Positions 33,299 through 54,510 are shown, counted from the stretch's first letter. The stretch: 64,000 nucleotides of DNA from the human T2T-CHM13v2.0 reference genome, Homo sapiens (GCF_009914755.1 NC_060931.1); one strand, 5' to 3'. Translations and numbers: made by a program. Notes: generated by a model from the sequence alone, not told the origin.

Positions 33299-34716
33299 AT
33301 CCAATTTAAGGTTTTAAAATTTTCTGGGCTACTAAATGACTTAAAGCTGGGCTACATTTTATATCTTTCACTTTCCTGTTTACATTGAACATTTAGCACC
33401 ATGGTGAAAAGACTTCATATAAACCATGCCTGAATGGGTATGGTATTAGATATTGATCTTAGAAGGTATTTAGAAAAGCTAGACAAGAAATTAATGATGA
33501 GGAGTGGCCAAAATACTACATGTTTTGAATATATGCTGTATTTAAGAAGAGGAAGACAGATTCAATGAACAACAACTTTATTACTGTCAGTTACTGTCCA
33601 CTGTGTATTTCCGGAGTGGTGAATTTAAAAATAAGTCTTAGGGGCAAAACACTTGAAATGTTTGTAAAATATATTTTGTGAAATGCTTATGTGTCCCAGC
33701 AGAGGGCATCTTGACATAATGAATCCAGGTCCACTGCTTTTCTATGAAGGAAGATGGTTTTAAGACATGGCTTTGCTGTATTACTGTACTGCTTTGTGAT
33801 AGTGTTAAGACCAGGCAAAGACTTTAATTTGACCCCTTTGTGTGGCACATGTGGAAAGTGAGACACAGCTGGTAGAAATGACTTCCATTTGATCATTTAA
33901 TATTCAATTATTGAGGAATTATAATGTATAGTACATATATGTAACCTATGTAGATACTATGCACAAGGCAGGCAAGAGTTTGCTTCTTAGGAGTGCGAAA
34001 GGCTTATTGGGGGGAGAAAAGAGTTTGTTTCTGAAGGAGCTTTCATCCAGTGGTGGGGGAGAGCTACCAATAATAAAGTAAAATAATTTGAGAAAGCATT
34101 GGATGCTCTGAATAAAATAATGCGGGAAGGTAATGGAGAGAGAAGGACAGCAGATTGCTGCTAGTTTGGGTGGTCTGGGAAGGCTTCTCTGAGGAGGAAG
34201 GTTGTGACTGACAGGCAGTTAGGTGTCAGCAAAGGGAAGTGCATTTCAGACTGAGAAACATTGAAAGCAAGGACTTGCAGATGGGAAATGGGAAGGAGGC
34301 CAGTGTGGTTGGAGCCTTGTGAGGCAGGCATGAGTCAGACCACCCAGGGCCTAGGGGCTGTGTGTGGTAAGGAATTTCGAGAGGCAGCAGAGCACAGGGC
34401 TTACCTGCCCAGGCTCTGGAATCAGGCTTCCTGGGTTGGAATCCCAACTCCACTTAACCAGCGTGGGGATTTTTCTGAGGAGCTGGTCTGTAGCATTCAT
34501 CATATCTGAAAGGTGACCCAGAAAAGGTAAATGACCATTCACTATATTGTGTTGCCTGTCAGAAACACTTCTAATTCTCTGCAGCACAGACAGCCCCTGA
34601 TTATTGTTGATTTTCAAGAAAAAAAAGTTTATTTGTAGTGCAACTAAACGAAATCTTCAAGTAATAAAAACAATATCTCAAGTTGGTTGACCTCTTTTAG
34701 TATCAATCACCAGTAT

Positions 34717-35023
34717 GTTGTTTGTTGTTGTTGTTGTTGTTGGTTTTTTTTGAGACAGGGTTTCACTCTGTTGTCCAGACTGGAGTGCAGTGGTACAATC
34801 ATGGCTTACTGCAGCCTCAACCTCCTTGGGCTCAGATGATCCTCCCACCTCATCCTCGTGGACAGGTGCACGCCACCATGCCCAGCTAATTTTTTAAATT
34901 TTTGCAGACATGCCGTTTTGCCATGTTGCCCAGGGCTGGTCTTGAACTCCGGGGCTCAAGTGATCCTCCTGCCTTGGCCTCCCAAAGTGTTGGGATTACA
35001 GGCGTGAGCCACTGGGCCTAGCC
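34717..35023 (-). mobile_element. AluJ-like with (TTG)n tail
   Basis: Alu reverse complement. Confidence 0.85.
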
Positions 35024-35632
35024 CTAGAGGACTTCTTTTTAAACAAAATTGGATTTATTATTTCATTTTCTTTGAAATGATAAAGGATAGGTTAATAAAG
35101 AAGTGGAGAAAGATTCACGTGGTCTATAGACGTAATTAATATCTTGAGAGTGATAGTTTTGGTAAATTGTGCAGCAAGTAGAAAATACTTGAATATTTGA
35201 ATCATATGGAGAAGTATCAAGATTGACATAACAAATGCATGTGCACCCACTGCCCAGCTTTGTCAGTTATTACTGCTTTCACATGTTTGCATCAAATGTT
35301 TTTTAAGAAATAAAAAGTACAGATATGGTTGAAATTCTCAGTGGAACTCTTTCTAATCCTGCTCCCTTCCCTCCCTCCCTCCACTGGGGTAACCAGTATT
35401 CTAGATTTGGTCTTTGTCATTCTCTTGCATTTGTCTATATTTGCTATTATGTGTCTGTATGATTAAACAATATTTAGCATTGTTTTGCATGTGTTAAATT
35501 TTATATTAATGGTATCACTCTGATACTATGTTTCTGTAATATGTTTATCTCGTTCAACATTTTTCTGAGATTCACCCATGTTGATAATGTGGCTGTTTTT
35601 AACTGTTATATGGTATTCCATTCATTATCTGA

Positions 35633-35940
<308 letters not shown>

Positions 35941-36852
35941 TGAATATTTCACATATTGGTAGATAATCAGGTTGTTTGTAATTTTTTCTGTTTTGACAAT
36001 GTAGCACAGTAATACATTTTACATTGTGACCCAGAATAAATGAGTACACATATAGCCAAAACTACAATTTTTAATGAAATAATACTTAACCCCTACTGCA
36101 AATTGTATACTCTGTGATATGTTCTAGTCTGTTCTATTTTATTAGAAAAAAATACACTCATGAGTCACTGAAAGGTCATACTAGCTGTAGCTTGAAAAGT
36201 ACTACTGGAAGATATACCCAGGAGGGGAATTGGAGGGCCAAAGATGTCCATTTTCAACTTTACTAGATATTGCTAAATGTCTTTCCAAATCCTGTTCATT
36301 TACATCCCCACAAGCAGTATGCTGTAGCGCCTGTTACTTCTCATTCTCACCATCGGTGTTACCAGTCTTTTTCATTTTTGCAGATCTGGTAGGTATAAAA
36401 TGGCATCTCAGTGTTGGTTTAATTTGTGTTTTTGAGCTAGAGGTTCCAGCGAGTGCAGTAAGACAAAGTAGAGCACCATTTTGGATCTTTATTGACGTCT
36501 CAATTTTCTTTCTTTGCCTATTTCCTGTTTATACCTTTGCCCATTTCCCAACTCAGTTTTTTGGTCTTTTTTATGTCAATTTATAAAAATTATTGATCTA
36601 TATTTTGTATTCCTTTCCCAATAATATGTATTGTAATTATTTTCTCCCAGTTTGTTGCCCACCCCCATTTATTTATTTTTTTGTTCATGAAGGTTTTTAT
36701 TTATATTATTGTGAAATTTATTAATCTTTTACCTTATAGTTTATCCTTTCGGGATCTTGTTTAAGGAATTCTTCTTAACTCTGACTTTATAAAATATTCT
36801 ATAGTAGTTTATTGTAGAAGTTATAATTTTTTTAATTTTCAATTTTAAAGGT

Positions 36853-37137
36853 ATTTATTTATTTATTTATTTATTTATTAGAGATAGGATCTTACTCTGT
36901 CACCCAGGCTGGAGTGCAGTGATGCAATCATAGTTCTCTGCAGCCTCAAACTCTTAGTCTCAAGTGATCCTCCTGCCTCAGCCTCCCAAGTAGCTAGGAC
37001 CTCAGGTGTGCAGCACCATGCCTGGTTTTAAATTTTTTTGTAGATACGGAGTCTTGCTATGGTGCCCAGGCTAGTCTTGAACTCCTGGCCTCAAGCAGTC
37101 CTCCTGCCTTGTCCTTCCAAAGTGCTGGATTACAAGC
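36853..37137 (-). mobile_element. AluJ-like
   Basis: Alu reverse complement with (TTTA)n tail. Confidence 0.85.
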
Positions 37138-37639
37138 TTTCTTTTGTTTTTCATTGTTTTATTGAGGTTATTGTTTTACATTTAGGCCTTTAATCCACCT
37201 GTAATTTATTTTTGTATGTAAGGATCTAATTTCATTATTTTTCCATATGGATAACCAGCATCATATATTTAATAGCCCATACTTTTTTTTATCTTTCTGA
37301 CACAGGAGGATGTTTATGAAATCTGCAATTCAGTTGCTTTGATTTGTCTATCCCTGAGTCAGTTCCACACTAGTTTAATGACTATAGTTATGCTCTTATT
37401 TATTTATCTCATCTCATCCTTCTAATCAGTGGAGATATAACCTTAATGAGTATAGCCTTGTAATTACTAATATGTGGTAGGATGAATGCCTTCAAATTCT
37501 TAAAATCTTATGAATTGTTTTGGCTATTTTTGGCCATTTGCACTTCTATTTAAATACTGGGATCAGTTTATCAAATTCCACAAAATCCCATGTTGAGAGT
37601 TTTATTTGAACTGTATTAAATTTATAAATCAATCAAATC

Positions 37640-39445
<1,806 letters not shown>

Positions 39446-40522
39446 AAATGTTGGTAAATGCAGCCATAAAATTTTTTCTGTAACAGCTATTTATGATGGA
39501 AAGAAAGGTAAAAAGCAGTTGCTTATTTTTTATTTGCTTTGAGGTTCTTTAGAGGGGTTTAAGTCAGGCTGATTATATTACTAACAACATGTAGAAAAGT
39601 TCATTTAGGTTTACAGGGAGGTTTATTTTATTTGAGCCACTTAGAATATATATGCCAATATACAGATGAGCAATTTAATTTTTATTTAAGCCTTTTACAA
39701 GATTCATAAATAAGGATAAAGGTAAAATGTCTTTTTAAAAAGATTGTCTTTGATATGTTGAGGTCCCAGGAATCAGAGACTTCAATAGTTCCTTTGAGTC
39801 TACCCTCCATCTACCCTTCAAAAGACAAAACAAGACATTATACATTAGTTTCAAGGCAAGCCAGACTAACTTTTATTAACATTTTCTCAGAGTGGGAAAG
39901 TTATCTCTTTTCTGCCAGAATGCCTTCATCAACTTGACCTTGTGTTGAACATCTCCATTTTTGGCACAATTCCCAGATGTAGAAGAAAATTTTTTCAATT
40001 AAGATGTTATTCATTCAGATACTCCTTTAGGTGTTGTTGGAGTTCCAAATGTGAGTGATTATCTCCAACTTCCTTAACTTGGCATTGTCTTGGAGTAATG
40101 GAAACAGGGGTACAGGGATAGAAGTAAATACTGAAATCTGTAAATTTTTTCAATTTTGGCAAACTTCTCCTCTCAGTGCTACAATTTTTCCTAGCACCTC
40201 TAAGAATATTGCCTTTACAGTATGGGCATGCTGGCAAAACAAAGCCAAAGAAAAACAACATTATACAAAATTCAAACTAGTGTGTGATGGGGAGGTGTAA
40301 GTCATTTGCTTTTTTAAAAGATTCATTGTATGTTTTATTGGTAAATCATAATATGAATCATGTTAAACAATAGTGAAGTATATTGATAATATCAGGATCA
40401 TTCTTTATTTACCGACAACAATATTAGGAAAGCAGTGCTACCTTTTTTGTACCTTTAATTGTTTCTGTCTTGAACAGTTTACAGGCAGCTGCCTAATCTC
40501 AGCACATACGTTATTATTTCAG

Positions 40523-40637
40523 GTCCTGTGGGAATGGCCGCTGCTGCTGCTGTGGCAACAGGAAAGAAACGGAAACGGCCTCATGTATTTGAGTCTAATC
40601 CATCTATCCGGAAGAGGCAACAAACACGTTTGCTTCG
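40523..40637 (+). CDS. NRF1: NRF1 coding exon (GPVGMAAAAAVATGKKRKRPHVFESNPSIRKRQQTRLLR), containing the basic NLS
   Basis: ttatttcag| acceptor, CG|GTGAGG donor, 115 nt, phase 1 to 2; read by hand because the ORF track shows another frame. Confidence 0.97.
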
Positions 40638-40834
40638 GTGAGGGCTCCCTTATCCATATTGTTACTATTCCTCAAATACTTCCTGTGGATGACAGACTTA
40701 GAACATATGTGATTAGGTTTGTCAAGGATGCTTGGTTCGATTCCTTGATGACAGATGTAGACTTAAAAGTATTCTTACAAAATTAAATGCATGAAAACAA
40801 AGAAATACGATTTAACAGATACGTAATATCACAT

Positions 40835-42390
40835 TAATTCATTCAGAAAAGTTGTATGCCTGCTATGTGCAAGCCATTGTTGTAGACATTGGGCATGGAA
40901 GAGTGAACAAAACAAATTGCCTTAAAGAGCTTGTATCCTGCTAGAGGGGGAAAGAAAAAAACAATATGCAATATGTCAGCTGATGATAAGTGCAATGGGA
41001 AAAAAATACAGTGGAGTAAGGAAAATAGAAAAGTCAGGAGGTAGGGGGATATAGTCAGTTTTCTCTATTACGGGGATGGTCTGGGAAATCCTTTTTGTTA
41101 AGGCAGCCTTTGAACAGAGACTTGAAGGTGCTGAAAGAGCACACATGTTGATGCTGGGGGGAAGAACATCTCAGGCAGGGTGAGTATCAAGAGCAAAGGC
41201 CCCGAGGTGTGAATGTGGTAGTTGTGTTTGAGGAACAGCCAGGGAGATATGAGAGGATGTTCAGAGCAGTAGAGAAGAGCCACGCCAGGAGATCTTTTTT
41301 TTTTTTTTTTTTTTTTGATAGATGTGGTCTTGCTATGTTGTCCAGGCTGGTCTGGGACTCCTGGCCTCAAGCGATCCTCGTGCCTCAGCCCCCAAAATGC
41401 TGGGATTACAGGTGTGGGTCACTTCACCCAGCCTAGGAGATCTTATAGTCCAATATCAGGGGCTTGACTCTTACTCTGAGTGAGATGAGATGTCATTGTA
41501 GGCTTTTGACCAGAGCAGTAGTATCATCTGACTTATATTTTTAAAGAATCACTCAGGCTACTGTGTTGAGAATAGACTGTGGGGATACAAGAATGGAATC
41601 AGGGAGACCAATTAGGTGGTGATTATAGTAATCTAGGCCAGAAATGATAGTGTCTTAAAACCAACATGGCAGCATCATGGATAGTAAGAAGTGATCAGGT
41701 TCTAGATGTATTTCGAAAGTCAACTCATCATGATTCATTGACATGGAGTTTGAGAGAAAGGAGTGCTGGGTGATTTTTGGTCTGATTACTAGAAGGATTG
41801 CGATGACATTTACTGGAGGAGGAGCAAGCATGGCAGTGAGGGTGAGGCAGAATCAGGAATTTGGTTTTGGACATGGTAAGTTTGTGATGCCTCTAACCAT
41901 TAAGTGGAGATACAAAATAAGCAGTTGGATATATGAGTCTGGAATTGAAATGAGAGGCCTTAGCTGAAGATATTATAAGCATATAGGTAGTATTTAGAAC
42001 TAGGAGACTGGATGAGGTCACTTAGGGAGTGAGTATGGACTGAGGCCTGAAGCACTCCACCTTTTAGAGGTTAGAGAGATTAAAGGAACCAGCAAAAGAA
42101 TCTAAGAAGCAACCAGTGAGTCAGGAAACAAACCAAGAGAGTGGTATCCTGGAAACCAGGTACAAAAAGTGTGTCAGGAAGGAGAGCATGTGATCAGCTA
42201 TCAAATGCTGCTGATGGGTTGAAAAAGATGCCAACTGACTATTAGATTTAGTAACATGGAGTTCATGATTGAACTTGACAAGAGTATATTCAAAGGAGTG
42301 GTAAGGGTGAAAAGATTGGAATAGCTTTAAGAGAGAATAGGGAGAGAGGAATTGGAGACAGTGAATATAAACCATTGTTTCAAGGAATTC
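40835..42390 (-). mobile_element. L2 fragment, ~1.5 kb
   Basis: L2 3' end (attcattca...ctatgtgcaagcca) and internal motifs (ttttaaagaatcactcaggct; taggagactggatgag). Confidence 0.75.
41295..41434 (-). mobile_element. FLAM/Alu left monomer
   Basis: Single monomer; TSD aggagatctt. Confidence 0.8.
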
Positions 42391-42543
42391 CATCAGATTT
42401 CTTGTTTGATAAGTGGTCCTTTGCCCACCACATTTCAGAATTCTGAAATGTAGAACTTTGAAATCATCTCCCATGATTTCAGAGGGAAGAGGCAGTGTTT
42501 CTGTTTCATCCATTGTTACTATATTTTAAAAAGCTGTTTTCGG

Positions 42544-42936
<393 letters not shown>

Positions 42937-42944
42937 TTTTTTTA

Positions 42945-43246
<302 letters not shown>

Positions 43247-43347
43247 AAAAGCTGTTTTCATTTCATCCTCACTTGTGAAATACTGTAGGACTAAGAATAA
43301 TTATTTATATCACAATGAAAATCTGAAGCTACAACATTTTAAAAGCA

Positions 43348-45957
<2,610 letters not shown>

Positions 45958-46105
45958 TAGTATTTTTGGACAAAATTATCTCAATGAAATATAAACAATG
46001 AGATATAAACAATCAATAAAAGATAGTAAAAGCAAATCATTTGAACCCCTTTTATTAAGCATGGAGATGATATAATAAATTCTGTAAGAGCACATCTTGG
46101 TTGCA

Positions 46106-46450
<345 letters not shown>

Positions 46451-46731
46451 TGATGTTGCTCAGATCAAGAAGAATGATACCATGTTCAAAATTGTGTCAT
46501 GGCTATGTCCCAAAGCAAAACCTTCAGTTGAGCCTTCTATCAGTAGTCTTTAAGAAAAAGGTATGTACATATTTCTGCTGAATAGGATAGCAAACCTCAC
46601 ATTCCCCTTTTCACATTTTACGTAAAAGAGCATATCTGATCAGAATAAACTGTCTTACCTCATTTGTGTCTATGTCACTGTAATTTCCGTCTTTTTAAAA
46701 CTTTTTATTCTTGTTTCCTTTTCTGATTCAG

Positions 46732-46858
46732 GAAACTTCGAGCCACGTTAGATGAATATACTACTCGTGTGGGACAGCAAGCTATTGTCCTCTGTATCTC
46801 ACCCTCCAAACCTAACCCTGTCTTTAAAGTGTTTGGTGCAGCACCTTTGGAGAATGTG
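46732..46858 (+). CDS. NRF1: NRF1 coding exon (KLRATLDEYTTRVGQQAIVLCISPSKPNPVFKVFGAAPLENV), DNA-binding domain
   Basis: Long pyrimidine tract then ttcag|; GTG|GTAAGT donor; 127 nt, phase 2 to 0. Confidence 0.97.
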
Positions 46859-48573
46859 GTAAGTCAGAACCAAGCTGTTCTCATTTGCCCTTTGCTTTCT
46901 GTCGGCTGCTTCCATTCTTCTGATCCTCTGTCAAGTATAACAGTTGGCATTTCTGTTACCCCCTAATCCAGGCATGGGAGTGGGGACTAGTTTTCAGACT
47001 GCTTTATGCATATCAAAACAAAATGATCATTACTCTTTTTACTTCCTACGTCAAGGTATTTTACCTCCCCAGATGCAATGGGTGGCCGGGGGAAGGGGGG
47101 AGGGGGCGGGGAAACAAGGTGTTTTGTTTGTTAGGAAACCAATGCAGGATTTTCTAAGAAAATTACTGATTTATATCAGAAACAAAATAATAGATAATTC
47201 CAAGGTGTCAACTTCCTGAGGGAAACCTGGGGGCATTTTATTGATCAGTTTATTTGAGTTACATATTTGAAATATCTTACATTTATCAAAGAATTGATTT
47301 AATACTGTGCTCCAAATATAGAACTATATTTGAACATTTTGATTGTATAACTATCCAGAGCTAATTTTATAAAAATAGTCTTTTGCCCCTGCATACTTAT
47401 ACAATAGGAACTATTCTTTCTTGCGCCAAATTAACTTTGAATCATTAGTAGATTAATGATCTGTAAAGATTTAAATTGCATTTTGTTTTTATTAGGGTAA
47501 AATTTATTAGCTTAAAATGACATTTATTAGATGTCTCCCATATTGAATATAGGCATTTTTTGAGTTCAGAATTAGTAATCAATTGATCGAAATTCTGTTT
47601 GTTGTATTTTTTTCACACCATCTTCCTGTCCCTGAAATGTTGTGGGTATTTCTTAACATTTTTGAGTTCTGTTTTGAGTTTTTCCAAAAATTCCTGAAGC
47701 CCTACAATTAGGATGTGTTAGGACCTTTCCTTAGAAGAATATAGTAGAAGGCTCCTAGTTCAAAATGGTGCCTGAGAAATAGCCTTTACTGTCACACTGT
47801 TGACAAACATGAAATCTGGGCATTTCTTCTCTTCTTTAGTACTGAAAATCTAAAACAATACTACTACTGGTAGTAGTAAAGATGATGCAATCTATGAAAA
47901 AGATTCATCTAGAAGACTCAGAAAAATACTTCAGAAAATTACTCACTGCAAAAAAAACTTTTTAAGTTTTGGGAAACTGTTGGAGTCCTCCATAGAATAC
48001 AAGAAGATATAGACTCTGTTAAACAGGATGCACTAGACTGAGATAAAAAGCATTTTACCTTTGACTGACATTGATAAATACAGGTTAGGGACTTGCAAGT
48101 ACCAGTAAAATTAGAAGCAGAATATATCTTCCAGAGCACCGAAGAAAAAAAACAAAACCAAGTCTCTGTATAAAAGATAGAAAACAAGGAAGAAATGTTT
48201 AAAAACTGAATAAAACACATAGTCTAGAACACAATAATACAAGTGAGGCCAGTTAATTCTGTTATAAACCATACATATAAATGGGTTAAAGTGCCTTGTT
48301 AAAGGCATAGATGTTCTTTCAGGTTGGAACAACAATCCAAATCAAACCTTCCTCTATTCAATGTATGTGTCATACTCACAGCCACTCACAAATGTTAAAA
48401 GCAGCTGCAAGTAATAGAATCAAGAAAGTGAAAAGACAACATGCAGAGTGGGAGAAATATTTGCAAATCATGTCTGATAAAAAAACTTTTATCATATGTA
48501 GAGAATATATAAAGAATTCTGATATGTCTGATAAAAAAACTGATATATATTGAGAATATATAAAGAATTCTTA

Positions 48574-49185
<612 letters not shown>

Positions 49186-50030
49186 AATAGGCAAAAGGTC
49201 TGAATAGATATTTCTTCAAAGAAGATGTAGAAATGTCCAACAAGCACATGAGAACTAATGATAAATAATTATTTATCATTAATCATTATTATAGTCATTT
49301 ATCATTAATAATCACATTTCGATTTTCATTTCCCTAATGCTGATGATTAATAATCATAGTCATTAGGGAAATGAAAATAAAAACCACAGTAAGATACCTC
49401 TTCATACCCACAGGGATGGTGAAGTTGGTGAAGATTTGGAGAAAGAAAAAGCAAAATGGTACAGCTGCTTTGGAAAACAATTTGTCAGTCTCTCAAAATG
49501 GTAAAAGTAAAGTTGCCATGTGTCCTAGCAGTTCTATTCCTAAGTTATACCCAAGAGAACTGAAAGCATATGTTCATACACAAACTTGTATACAGTGTTT
49601 ATAGCAGCATTATTTATAATTGCCAAAAAGTGGAAACAACTCAAATGTTCATCGGCTGATGAATGGATAAATAAAATGTGGCATATCCATAGGATGGAAT
49701 ATTATTCAGCAAGAAAAAGGGAAGAAGTACTGATATTATACTACAGCATGGATGAACCTTTAAAACATTGTGCTAAGCAAAAGAACCCAGTCACAAAAGA
49801 TCACATGTTGTATGATTCCATTTATATGCAATGTCCAGGATAGATAAATCTTATTTATAGAGAGAGAGTGGATTAGTGGTTGCCAGAGACTGGGGAAGGG
49901 GAAGAGAGTGACGCCAGTGGGCATGGGGTTTCTTTTAGGTGGAATGAAATGCTCTAAAATTAGATTTTGGTGGTAATTTTAGGACCCTATGAGTATAAAG
50001 TCTTACCCTTTAAATGGGTGAATTGTATGG

Positions 50031-50476
50031 TATGACAAACTAAATAATGACCCCCAGAGATGTGCAGGTCCCATCCCTGGAACCTGTGACTATTACCTTA
50101 TACAGCAAAAGTGCAGTTGTAATTAAAAGGGTCTTGAATGGGGAGATTATTCTCGATTATCCAGGTAGGCCCTAAATGTAATCACAAGTGTCTTTATAAG
50201 AGGGAAGCAAAGGGAGATTGGCATAGAAGTAGATGTGTTGGTGGAAGCAAGAGGTTGGATGCAAGGAGGGGGTCCGGAGCCAGTGATACAGGCTAGACAG
50301 AAGCTAGACAAGGCAAAGAAACAATTCTGTCTTAGAGATGCTCCCTTAGAGACTGCAGAAGGACCTGGCCCTGCCAACACCTTGACTTTAGCCAAGTGAA
50401 ACCAAGAAAATAAATTTGTATGGGTTTAAACCACCCAGTTTGTGGTGATTCGTGGGAGCCATAGGAAACAAATACA
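50031..50476 (+). mobile_element. MLT1 (MLT1C/D-like) solo LTR
   Basis: ccctggaacctgtga, gggagattat, ends ggaaacaaataca; 5-bp TSD TATGG. Confidence 0.8.
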
Positions 50477-50667
50477 TATGGTGTGTGAACTATGTATCAG
50501 TAAATCTGTTACAAATGTTGAATGTAAAATAACAGGCAAAAGTTTGTCAGAAAAATGCCTACGAAAATAAATCATGGATCACGGCATTAATATCAGACAA
50601 AGCCTAATTGTCAAGGCAAAAAAGTATTAACTGGCAACCAGGGGTCATTTAATATTGATAAGAAGTA

Positions 50668-50840
50668 TTTATTTATTAATTTATTTATTTAGAGACAAGG
50701 TCGCACTCAGTTGCCCACCTTAGAGTGTAGTGGCACAATCTCAGCTCACTGCAATCTCCTCCTCTTGGGTTCAAGCGATCCTCCCGCCTCAGCCTCCTGA
50801 GTAGCTGGAACTATAGGCAGGTGCCGCCACACCCAGCTAA
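50668..50840 (-). mobile_element. Alu right monomer
   Basis: TSD gataagaagta. Confidence 0.82.
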
Positions 50841-50891
50841 GATAAGAAGTACATATTTATCATGAACCTTTATATTCTTCAAGTAACTTTA

Positions 50892-51193
<302 letters not shown>

Positions 51194-51277
51194 TCAACCA
51201 GACATATATACATACCAAAGCATGTAGATCAAAAAGTTAGAAATGTAAGGAAAAAAGATAGTTAAAACCCACAATGG

Positions 51278-51583
51278 GGGGGCATGGTGGCACATATGTA
51301 TAATCCCAGCACTTTGGGAGCTGAGGTGGGAGGATTGGTTGAGGCCAGGAGTTTGAGACCAGCCCAGGCAACATAATGAGACTTCATCTCTACAAAAAAT
51401 TTAAAAATTAGCCAGATGTGGTAGCACATGCTTATAATCTTAGCTTCTTGGGAGGCTGAGATGTGAAGATTGCTTGAGCCCAGAGGTCAAGTCTGCAGTG
51501 AGCTGTGATTGCACCACTGCACTCTAGCCTGGATGACAGAGCAAGACCCTGTCCCAAAGGAAAAAAAAAACAAAACAAAAAAA
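51278..51583 (+). mobile_element. AluJ-like
   Basis: TSD aaaaccc(.)caat. Confidence 0.87.
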
Positions 51584-51685
51584 CCCCGCAATGATAGTAA
51601 GAGGATTTACTATCCTTGCCAGATCAACAAAGCAAAATATAAACAAGAATATAGAGATCTGAATAACAGATTTAATAAGGTTGAC

Positions 51686-51949
<264 letters not shown>

Positions 51950-52034
51950 TTACAAGGGGATAATATATCATATTTGAAAAATTACATAAATGGATTATAA
52001 GAATTGACCATTTATTACTACCAGGCCTCAAATA

Positions 52035-52299
<265 letters not shown>

Positions 52300-52382
52300 C
52301 CAGAGAATATTTTCTGATCATAGTACAGAAAATTCAGAATTTTAGAATTTCAAAAGACAAGAAAAAAATTTCAATCATGTGG

Positions 52383-52385
<3 letters not shown>

Positions 52386-52449
<64 letters not shown>
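52386..52449. repeat. (TG)n(AG)n compound microsatellite at an Alu tail
   Basis: Read directly. Confidence 0.9.
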
Positions 52450-52450
<1 letters not shown>

Positions 52451-52722
52451 TTGCTCTATTGCCCAGGCTAGAGTGCAATGGTGCGATCTCAGCTAACTGC
52501 AACCTCTGCTTCCTGTGTTCAAGTGATTCTCCCTGCTTCAGCCTCCTGAGTAGCTGGGATTACAGGTGCGTGCCACCATGCCCGGCTATTTTTTATGTTT
52601 TTACTAGAGACGGGGTTTCACCATGTTGGCCAGGCTGGTCTCAAACTCCAGACCTCAGGTAATCCACCTGCCTCGGCTTCCCAAAGTGCTGCGATTACAG
52701 GCATGAGCCACCACAACTGGCC
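52445..52722 (-). mobile_element. AluS
   Basis: Alu reverse complement. Confidence 0.88.
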
Positions 52723-52726
52723 GGAA

Positions 52727-53705
<979 letters not shown>

Positions 53706-54344
53706 CTAGTCTTATTATAGTCATTTATCATTAATAATCAAATTTTGATTTTCATTTCCCTAATGATTAATGATAAATAATCATTGTCTTTAGGGCAATG
53801 AAGAACCGTGGGAGTTGCATGCAATGTGGAAGATATGTGGAAAGTAGTATAGTGAAAGCCCCGTTGCTCATGTATTTACTTCGTCAACATATAACTATTT
53901 AACACTATTGGATACAAGGTATGAGATAAGGATTCCATCTGAGTCCTTTGGGGTTTCAGGGTTCAAAACTGGGAATCCCAAAGGACTAAGGGGAAATGAG
54001 AGCCCTGAACTGAGGCAGGAGAACAAAGGAGGCAGACACTGGGGCTGGAGAGACAATAGGATGAAGTCAACATAACTTCAGGGGCCACAGCCTGCAGCCT
54101 GGCTGGAAGCCAGATGTGCTTCACAGTCACAGGTCTGAGGGCAGCAGCTCTTTGTTACATACCTCAGATGATAATGTGTTTTTAGTCTCATAGGAGCTTG
54201 TAGAAAATTTAAAAAAAAATTTTTTTTATGAGACCTTCCCAAAGACTCTTCCTTTATCCAGTTAAGCTTCAGGAATACAAAAAAATTATGGTATCTTGTC
54301 TGGGACTATTTTTGCAACCCAACTGAAGGCCCAGTGACCTTATA

Positions 54345-54510
54345 GCAAACATTTTGAAAATTAGCCAAGTGTGGTGGCACACACCTGTGATCCCAGCTAC
54401 TTGGGAGGCTGAGGTGGGAGGATCACTGGAGCTCAGGAATTCGAGGCTGCAGTGAACAAACCTGCGTGACAGAGCAAGACCTTGTTTCAAAGAACAAAAC
54501 AAAATAAAAC
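54345..54510 (+). mobile_element. Alu right monomer
   Basis: ttagccaagtgtggtggcac...gacagagcaagacc. Confidence 0.8.

Noticed and set aside
32352-33317. Overlapping repetitive ORFs and spaced GC-rich repeats resembling an array
   Set aside because: SVA VNTR, Alu-like and hexamer regions; no unique spacers, so not CRISPR and not coding.
40373-40786. 137-aa ORF over exon 3
   Set aside because: Wrong frame relative to NRF1, non-ATG start, mostly intronic.
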